Part shown: piece after piece, positions 54,801-64,000 of the stretch
How the letters are laid out: every line of letters begins with the position of its first letter
Numbering within the stretch: the first letter of the stretch is position 1
The notes under the pieces: model-generated
The model's database searches: none
Told to the model about the DNA's origin: nothing
What the model saw: the letters and a program-made list of their open reading frames with translations, nothing else
Translations under genes and position numbers: made by a program
Assembly (NCBI GenBank): GCA_043228905.1
Contig: JBHGNT010000015.1
Coordinates: forward strand, 19,344,001 to 19,408,000
Reading direction: 5' to 3'
From: Azolla caroliniana
Taxonomy: Eukaryota; Plantae; Polypodiophyta
Length of the DNA stretch: 64,000 bases

Positions 54801-57474
54801 CACAAATCGGTAAGCGCAGAACAGAGGAGAGACAAAAACGACACCTCTCCGGACACAGAAGATAGAGAATCAATTGTGAACACAAATGGTTAGACCAAAG
54901 CAAAGACCGCACACAATACATCGGACACAACAATGCCAAGTAATTGATTAAATACGGAGAAAGAATACAGGGTTGGCCTTAGGCCAGAAAACTGAGCTTC
55001 AAGCTTAATAAACACACACTAGTGAGCCTCTGGGCAGGAGCATACGTGTTACCTACACAAGCAAAGACCTCACACCACCTAACCGAATAAGCATAACAGG
55101 AAACCTATAACACTCGACGACACAATCTGACAACACATTCCCCTCCCAAAACAACCAATCCCCAAAATAGTTTCCATCCCCTCCTTCTATAGCTCAAGGA
55201 GGGTCAATTACATAAGTAGTTAAGACAACAATTTTTGTCAGAGATTTCCCTTGATTCTCTTAAATTCCTCCCATCACGTCCTATTATTCTTTCCCTCCTT
55301 TCGAGGGCCCATAAATACTAATAAAGGCTATATTGTTTGTACTTATTAATACTAAGTTATTTATAATTGTTTGTACATAAGACCTAGTTCATGTGCGTAC
55401 ATGCACTGTTACCGGTCGGCAAAGGAGTCCAGGGTGGGAAACGGAGAGTTATTTAAGTAGTAGGAATGTGGTTGTAATTAAGCTATGAGTGTGGACGGAC
55501 GGACCGGAAACGGTATGTCGTTCCGGATCCGGACCGATCCCGAACAGGTGCAGATGGCACCGTTTTGTAATACAGACCGGAAACCTATATTAAGGCCCAG
55601 ATACAATGTAATAGTTAGCAGTTAATTAATGAAAGCTTAAGCGTTGTTATCTCTCTGTGTTAATTGTCGTTCTGTCTTAATTGTTATATCTTACACGTGT
55701 GTTATGAAAGACGATCATAATAAGTAACTTAATCAAGTAGGATTAAGCGTTGAGGCAGATCCGGTTGCCGTAACACCCTTTGGGGAAGTGTCTTCCGTAG
55801 ACACCCTATGTTAGGCCATTGTCCGGCCCTAGGAGTTACAACACCTTTTGGTGACCACTAAGGCGACCCCCCTTTGGAAACGAAGTCGAAGAATGATACG
55901 CGGATGTGCAAGCCATAGCGACTAAGTGCAAGAAATGGCGAAACGCGAAAATGACAATGAAGATGTTGGAGGAAGTCTATGGAGGAATGCATGAATGACA
56001 ACAATGTTTGTGCGAGGTTGCGATTAATGTCCATGTGTGTGTTTCCGAAAGTGGTTAGCGACAATGTGCGTGTTCTCAAAAGTGTGGTGCAAGATGCACG
56101 GTTGGACAAATAGCAACACAGAGGGAACCGGTGCCAGCACAACCGGAAAGACAAGCCCACCAGGAGACTGCGGAGAAAGTCGCAGTGTGTGGAGCGGAGA
56201 CCGGCAGGATGTGCTGAGAATGCACGGGCAATGGTTCCAGAAGAAGAAACGCGCAGAGAGTCGGAACCAGAATCGGAACCAGAACCCAAGTCGTTTAACA
56301 CCGAAGGGTCAAAGAAGACGGAGATGGAGATGCAGACGCAAACCAGACATCAACCAACAGCGCCAGAAAGATACAGACGGATGCACTAGACAAAGGCGAC
56401 CAAAAAGACACAAGACACAATAGGATGGGACAACACAGACGGATGGACCGGACACGCAACCAGAAGATAGCAGGGCCGACAAGGCCAGCGAGCCAGACAT
56501 CTGGAGATGGACCGGACAGACATGGCTAGTTGAGCTAGACAACGGAAAAAGTGGCCAGAAGGGCCGGAAACTGGTCGAAATTGCCGGACAAGGCCGGGGA
56601 AGCAGACAGGCCCCCGGGACGACGGACCGGACGCACACGCACGAGCGGAAGACGATGGATGGTGCCGGACGATGACGGAACCGACACGATAGCGACAACG
56701 ACGGCCGGAATACAATGACGACACTGAATGGCGGCAGAACGTTCATTGAGAATGACGACGAAAAAAAAAAAAAAAAAGCTACGGACAGCAATGAAAGAGA
56801 AGCAGGTGTGGCCGGATAGGAGCGGAAGAGTGGTCGACAACACCCAGAAGGGCAACACCGATACCAGAAAAAGTCAGTCGGAGTGCGACCGAAGAGCAGT
56901 CAGAGTGACCAAACTGCGCCAAAATGAAGGCGGCAGAACATGACGACACCGGACAACGACAAACATGGAGATGACCGGAACGGGCCGGATCGATGCCCAG
57001 AACGGCGACACCGACAGAGACTGACGAGAGGCCGGAAAAGCGCCGGCCGGAGAGCGGTCAGAGTGGCTGAACAGCGCCAGAACGAAGACCGAGACGGCAA
57101 TGGCACCGGAGATAGAGATGGAGTGGCAGGAGGAACTTAAATGGTTGGAGTGGCCAAACAACCAGTGGCTGAGCAGAGAGACAGAGACCATGGACAGAGC
57201 CGACAACCACCGAAGGCGGAATTAGAAAAGAAAGAAGAAGAAAATAAGAAAATAAGAGGAGAGATAGAGCAGAAGGAAGAAAAAAAGAATGAAGGAGAAG
57301 AAAGGACAGAACAGCACAAACAGAGAAGAAGGAAAAGAAAGACAGGAATAGGAGAAGAAGCAACGGTTAACACCAAGAACGAGGAAGAAGATGTAGACAA
57401 CACGCGGGAGAAAACGTAAGAAGCAAACAGAAAAAATAAATGAGAGGGAAAAAGAGAAGAAAGGGGCATGCGAA

Positions 57475-57608
57475 GAAATTTTAAAATGTTGAGGGTAGCA
57501 GCCTAAAATTTCAGAAACTTGGGGGTACTTAATGAAATTGTGAAACCTCAAGGGTACATATCAAAATTTTAAAAAACAAGAGGGCACCACTAGAATTTTG
57601 AAAATCCC
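57475..57608. repeat. ~30-bp degenerate tandem repeat, ~4.5 copies
   Basis: AAATTT..AAA....GAGGGTAC-type units. Confidence 0.7.
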
Positions 57609-58370
57609 CAAGACTACTCACACACACTCAAAACAAAGGAAGAACACACATACATACGACATGATTTTGGACCCATGACGAAGTTCGTAAGTCGACAGAA
57701 CGAGAATGTTTGTGTCGCGGACGATTTGCTAACCGACAAAGATGTTCGAGTCAAGCATTCCGATCGAGGGAGTCGATCGTTGAAAGGACCGATGGAAGTT
57801 CCGGTCGAAGAAATATCATCATCAAGGCATGTGGGATCGACGTGCAAGGCACTCTCCCACAGGCGTGCCATATTGTGTTACCCCGTATGAGATGTACGGA
57901 GAGTCAAGTGTGATGAGCGAGGGTCGAATGTTATCATGATGTTGTTGTGTATGTGTAGGGGGCATAAATGTAATTGTGAGTCTATACGTATGTGAACACA
58001 TGCACACGTGTGTGCATGTGGATGGATACGAGGAGGTGTGAGTGAGTGTCCAGTATGAATGCTCGAGGGGGCTTACACCCCTATATATCTACCCCCTTTT
58101 GTACCTATTTAACCCCTTATGGGGAATGAATGAATGGAACAATAACCATTTCTCTCTCAATCTCTCTCTTGTCATCTCTCTCTCTCTCTCTTCCCCCTTA
58201 CGTTGAACCCCCTTGGGAGGGGGGTGGAGCCATTCTAGGCACCACCCCCCACCCCGTAATTCTTCTCAATCACTTGTCAACATCGTCATGATCTCTCTCA
58301 CCATCATACTATCCATCGTCATCACACCCACCATGTCTATTTTTATCATCAATTGTCATGATTATCATAA

Positions 58371-59840
58371 ATGTTAACCCTAACCCTAAAACCTACAACA
58401 CAAGACTTGGATCAGGTCACGACAGAGATGGCCAAAATGGCCTTATCGGCAACACAAATCCAATCACCGGTGACTTCGGTAAGTGTACAGAATAAAGAAA
58501 CGGAACGACCTGTACATAGCAATAAGACCCCAACAACGGAAACCGTTCCGGCGAGAGATGCGGCGCAAGCCCAGGAGCTTGCGGAATTGAGAGATGAACT
58601 TGCCGCACAAGAAGCGCTAAGGAGCCGTGAACGAGAATTGAAGACGGCGGCCGAAGCCGAATTAAAGAAGACTGCTGAGAACCTCCACCGGGCAGAGGAG
58701 AGCCTCCGAAAAGGCCATCAAGCGTACGACCGGGTAAAGGAGGAGAAAGACAAAGTGCTGCAGGAAAAGGACAAGCTGCAGAAAACAGCGGAAACAGAGA
58801 TTGAACGGCTAAAGGAAGAGCTCCGCCAGTAGAAGGACCGCGAGGACCGGGCCCGTCGTCAGATCAACGCACGACTCAAGCAAAAGACGGATGATTTTAA
58901 GCACCTGCACCGGGACTACAAACGGCTGGAAACGGAGCATAAAGAACGAATGGCCGAGCTCCAGCAGGCAGTTGATTGGGCCGCGACGGCGATCGCCGAC
59001 GAACGGGCGGAAAATACAAGACGCTTGGACGAGGCGGAGAAGGTCCGGATGGAGCTCCAGAGGCAGCAGCAGGAAGACAAAGAGAGAGTGTCAACAATAT
59101 TGCAGAAATTACAAAGCACATATCAAAGGCAATTGACGCATTACAAGGCGCAGGCGGAGGACAACGTCAAAATCATAAAACAACTGAAGGAGGAACGGCA
59201 AGCGGCGGAAACCAAATCACAATTGGGAACGAGCCGGATTCAGTCCATCCTCCGGGCATGGCTAAATCAGACAAAACACTTGATTGATGAAAGCTCCGTA
59301 AAATGGTGGACAAAGTGGGCACAAAACGCGGCGGAACTCCAGTTGCTACGGGCAGATGTGGCAAACCGGCGGAAGGAAGGAGATGATTGTTATACGTTGA
59401 CTTCCGAGGACTTCACCGCCATACGGGACGAGCTGGCCGACAACTTCCAAGTCCTGGCGGATGAACAACTGGCGCAAGTTAGGCAGCTCGTAGCTCAACT
59501 AGACGATGATAGGCTGGACGCTCAAATTCAGTTTGAAAGCTACGAGCGATCCCGGGTTCGGGAAGAAAAAGCAAGAGAAGCGGCAACGGTTAACCTTAGT
59601 GATGAGGAACCGTCGCCGGCTGAGGGCCAGCCCGGAACCAGTCAGCCGGAGACCACTACAACGCAGAGAGCAACGACGGAGACGCCGGTGTCAGAGCAAC
59701 AAACGGAGGAGCAGCCGCAGCAGCCACCAACGTCGCAGCAGACATCAACAGAGCAGCAACAACAACAACAACAACCACTTCCAGATGAACCATTGGAGCC
59801 TCTCGAACAAAGCATTCTGGACATTTTGGACAAAGAATAG
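58371..59840 (+). CDS. ~490-codon coiled-coil protein of unknown function, one internal TAG (58830-58832)
   Basis: ORFs 58371-58832 and 58950-59840 are in the same frame with an open stretch between them. E/K/Q/R/A-rich heptad-like sequence, Q/T/P-rich tail. Confidence 0.7.
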
Positions 59841-61568
59841 CAAGGGTTGGTTGTGGATTCGACGTACAAGGTACTGTCCCACGGGCGTGCCATGTGTTAC
59901 CGGCCGGCAAAGGAGTCCAGAGTGGGAAACAGAGAGTTATTTAAGTAGTAGGAATGTGGTTGTAATTAAGCTATGAGTGTGGACGGACGGACCAGAAACG
60001 GTATGCCGTTCCGGATCCGGACCGATCCCGAACAGGTGCAGATGGCACCGTTTTGTAATACAGACCGGAAACCTATATTAAGGCCCGGATACAATGTAAT
60101 AGTTAGCGGTTAATTAATGAAAGCTTAAGCGTTGTTATCTCTCTGTGTTAATTGCCGTTCTGTCTTAATTGTTATATCTTACGCGTGTGTTATGAAAGAC
60201 GATCATAATAAGTAACTTAATCAAGTAGGATTAAGCGTTGAGGCAGATCCGGTTGCCGTAACACCCTTTGGGGAAGTGTCTTCCGTAGACACCCTGTGTT
60301 AGGCCATTGTCTGGCCCTAAGAGTTAACATGCACCACCCTTGTTCCTGTGCATTTGGCGAGTTTTTCTCCTAGTGGCCGGAATCCTCCATGACAACGCGC
60401 CATCATAAAATCTGGTTTTGGGTAGCCCGAGTAACCCGATTGTTCAGGTCACAGTTGCTTGGCTCAAATCGGTACCTCGACTTGACACTTTGCAGTTCCC
60501 CGACTCATGGGTTAGTCGGACTTATAATTGGCGTTGACTATTGCACTTTTGTGAAACTACGAGCAGGGAAGAACTCAAACCACTTGCACTTGCCAACCAC
60601 CTGCTCATGCATCTACATCGCCACCTGCATATTTGCCTAATGCGTATTATTATTGGTTTCTACTGTCATTAACAACTTTTCTAATGATTTTGTGAGTGTT
60701 TGGAAATGGATGGTTAAAGGGTTCTTGAAAATAAAAAAATGGTATTAGGGTTTAGATCCTTGTGGATGCAAAAAGTGTACATGCATTGGATGATTTTTAA
60801 AACTTGCATGTTGGTGAGGGAAAGGAAAATGTTGGGTTGGGTAAATTGAACCATTTGATGTGGAATTAGGGTTTAGATTCATGTATTTGTTGCATTGGAT
60901 GATTGTTGACATTTGGGTTCTGTTTGCTTTTGAATTCTGAAAATGCTTGCATGATTGTGAGTGAAATCCAAATGTTGGGTTGGGTAACATATGGATTGGT
61001 TTAGAACCTTGTAGTGGAGGAGTTTCATAAACTGTGGTATTTTGTCTTGCTTGCATAGGTGGCAACTAGGTCCAAAGAGTTCCTAGAGTTTGATTTTGAT
61101 TGGGGTGAAAGCAAACCTAGCAAAGAGAGGTATGGCACGATTCATTTTTCAACAATGCATACAAGACTATAACAATGATGCATGTGTGCAAACTCTGGTT
61201 TTGGTTGCATGGTTTTTGTAAAAACTTTGGTTTTGGTTGTGCACAATGCACATGGTTTTCGTAAGAAGGCGTACCGAAAGCAATGTATCCACAAGAGATT
61301 GAGGTTTAGAACAACATGGAGGCGACAAGGGCAGAGACTAATGAGGTTGCGAACCCCATGGGAGAAAATGAACCATCAAATGTTGATGCTCCTCCAAAAG
61401 GTGAGCTAATGTACATCCTTGTATTCTGGCTACAATTATGTATATATATTTGTTTAGTCTAACGCATATGTCATTACCAACACTTTCACACTAGATTTAC
61501 TCTTGCTCTTCAAGTGTGGACGAGATTGATGGGGATCAAACCTTAGACATGTATAGTGTCAAGAGTCT

Positions 61569-64000
61569 TGTTGGCAAAATTGTTGAGCGGCAAGCTCAAC
61601 TGGAGCCGGATCGGCTGGATAAGCCTGAGCCGATGAGCAACTGAGCCGGTGAGCCGGTTTACCGGATCCAATCGGTAACCGGAAGCCTAGTATTAGTTTA
61701 AACTACTAGGCAGTTATAGTCTCGTAGTAAGTGTCAGATGCTCGTGTGAGCATTGAAGTACGCAATACTTTTGTTAGTCCCACGAGGACTTGTATAAATA
61801 GTGCTACTAAGCATAGTTGTAAGAACAGAGAGTGTTTATATTGTTTTGAATATAGCTTTTACGTTCTGCTCTCTCTGTCTCTCCCGTGTACTCTGTGTAT
61901 TCTCTGCTTTCTCTGTTTTCTAACGCTTCCACAAGTAATTGTTTACATGGTATCAGAGCGCGAGGGTTGAGAACCTCTGCAACCAACAAACGCTTGAAAG
62001 CAAACCCTAACAGGTCGTAAGAACAACAGACAGAGAAGTGATGGATAGAGGAATGGCTAGCTCGCTCCCTGTGGAGAAACTCGACAGATCCAATTATGCA
62101 TCTTGGTCGTACAAGATGCACCAGTACCTGCTTGGGCATGGCTACTGGAGTTTCGTCGAAGGAGCCAACGAAACAACACCTGATGCGGCACATAAGGATT
62201 TCCCAATGTGGGAATAATCGCCAAGCAGAGTGATGTACTACTTTGCGTCCAGTGTCGGAGACCAGCTGTTGAGCCACATCCGAGACGCCAAGACGCCGAA
62301 GGAGGCTTGGGGAAACCTGAAGAAGGTTTTCGCCGGGAGCACTACAGCCCGGAAGCTGCAACTCCGACAGGAGTTGAGCAATGTCCGACAGAAGGACATG
62401 TCAATGGCGGATTACATGGCTCGGATCAAAGAGATCTGTGACTCGCTTGCCTCTATCAACGTTACCGTAGAGGAAGACGAGATGGTACAAGTCTGTCTTG
62501 GGGGCCTGGCGTCTAAGTTCAGAGCGTTCCGAACGGCGGTATGTACAAGGGAGAATACGCTGTCATTTTTCGACTTACAATCGATGCTCCTTGTAGAGGA
62601 GAACCACGCCGGTGCGTCAACTAGCGCACCTATTGACAACCGGATGTTGTACACAGAAGCGGATCGGTCCCGTGGGCGTGGTGGACGAGGCGGGTCGGCA
62701 CGCAATGGAGGCGGCCGGCAAGACCAAGAACAAAGGCACAGAGAACGTGCCGACGGTAGTTTTGAACCCTCCGGGAGCAGGGGGAGTCATGGCGGCACCG
62801 GAAAACAACAAGAGAAGATTGCAACGGAATGTTGGTATTGTGGCAAAAAGGGCCATAGAGAAAGCAAGTGTTGGAGAAAACGCGCCAATTCGGACAAATC
62901 CGGATACAGCAAGGATGGCCGGCAAAGCTCGCACTATGCGAAGGGATCGAGAGGATCCAAGAACGGTAACGGGCCAGCCTTGGTGATGAAGCACGAGGCG
63001 AACTCGATGAAGAAGACCACTTCCAAATCGGAGGAAGTGTGGTATGTTGATTCCGGTACGTCGAACCACATGACGAGCCACAAAGGGTGGTTCTCCTTTT
63101 TGGAGAAACTAGATCAACTAGGAGTAGTCGAAACCGGAGATGACAATCCTCACCCAATCGTGCACGTTGGAGAAGTCCCTTTGAGCTACGTCGGACAGAA
63201 GGGGAAGCTGATGAACGTATTACACGTTCCGACAATCACGAAGAACCTGGTGTCGGTCAGACAGATCGTCAACCAAGGGATGTAGCACGTATACGCACCT
63301 CGGGTGCTTCATCGAGGAAGAGGGCCAGATTATTGCGCAATGGCGTACAGACGGGACGATGTTTATCCTTGACACCAATGACGTCGGCACTGCTCTGTTT
63401 GCAAAAGGACAAAAGGTTGAATCAGACATCGACCTGTGGCACAAGTGGATAGGCCACGTCAATTACCGGAGGCTTCAAGACCTGCAAACGAAACAAGTTG
63501 TTTTCGGCTTGCCGAAGTTCAGCGGTCGTAAGGCCCAAGTATGTGAAGCCTGCCAACTCGAGAAGCAACACCGGCTTCCATTCCCTACCGAACGTAACCG
63601 GAGCCGTAACAAGCTCAACCTTATCCATTCGGATGTGTGGGGACCGACACACATGGATCTACCTCATTGAGCGGAAGAGTGAAGTCTTCGAGTGTTTTCG
63701 GAGTCTCCAAAGCATGGTGGAACGAGAATCAGAGAGGAAGATCAAATGCCTGCGATCGGATGGTAGAAAATAATACTTTTCCGGCCAATTCAACAGTTAT
63801 CTGCAGCAAAAGGGAATTCGGCGAGAGTTCAGCTGCAGATACACACCGCAACAGAACGGTGTTGCCGAAAGGAAGAACTGGTCGCTTATTGATGCGGCAA
63901 GGGCAATGCTGGAGGAGAAGAGCATGCCCAAATTCTACTGGGCGAAGGCAGTCTGAACGGTTGTCTACATCCAGAATTGGATCGGTGACAAGGTGTCAGC
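61569..64000 (+). mobile_element. Second Ty1/copia element (5' LTR ~61569-61947, pseudogenised gag-PR-IN), truncated by the window end
   Basis: TGTTGG start; PBS TGGTATCAGAGC at 61948; gag from ATG 62041; CWYCGKKGHRESKC knuckle, WYVDSG protease, LWHKWIGH..CEAC; several stops and frameshifts. Confidence 0.93.

Larger units (their letters stand above)
55407..60329 (+). mobile_element. Non-autonomous LTR element with no recognisable pol; orientation inferred
   Basis: Near-identical LTRs 55407-55843 and 59895-60329 (TG..CA); 5-bp TSD TGCAC (55402-55406, 60330-60334); TATA-like CCTATATTAAGG on + strand. Confidence 0.92.

Noticed and set aside
55900-57450. Degenerate gag in the non-autonomous element (WCKMHGW motif at ~56085)
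   Set aside because: There is no continuous frame and no complete zinc knuckle; too weak to call.
59851-59892. A complete tRNA gene
   Set aside because: Only the T-arm and 3' acceptor strand are present; there is no D-arm, anticodon arm or 5' acceptor strand.
45978-60329. Functional link between the CCA-adding enzyme gene and the neighbouring CCA-ended tRNA mimic
   Set aside because: The gene is an ordinary intron-rich host gene outside the element's TSDs; adjacency is most simply chance.
60660-61560. TAGGGTTTAG-like motifs and a possible exon fragment
   Set aside because: The motifs are scattered and degenerate, with no supportable ORF or array.

Overview
Eukaryotic land-plant genomic DNA. 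Spliced genes, TE-filled introns and GA microsatellites suggest a fern or other seed-free plant, but that is inference. Three intron-containing host genes: an F-box/LRR (FBL3-like) gene (+, 21104-30580), a glucose-6-phosphate 1-epimerase-like gene (+, 37987-44864) and a CCA-adding tRNA nucleotidyltransferase (-, 53640-45978). The rest is mostly retroelements: several RTE/RTEX-like LINE copies ending in purine microsatellites, a Ty3/gypsy element (9084-19045) with a young Ty1/copia (10145-15539) nested in its gag zinc knuckle, a second copia running off the right end, and an unusual non-autonomous LTR element (55407-60329). The last is the most interesting: it has no recognisable pol and carries a ~490-codon coiled-coil ORF. 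Where a polypurine tract is expected, it has a tRNA-Arg-like 3' end finishing in CCA, present twice with compensatory base changes. All coordinates were read by eye; no database searches were run.
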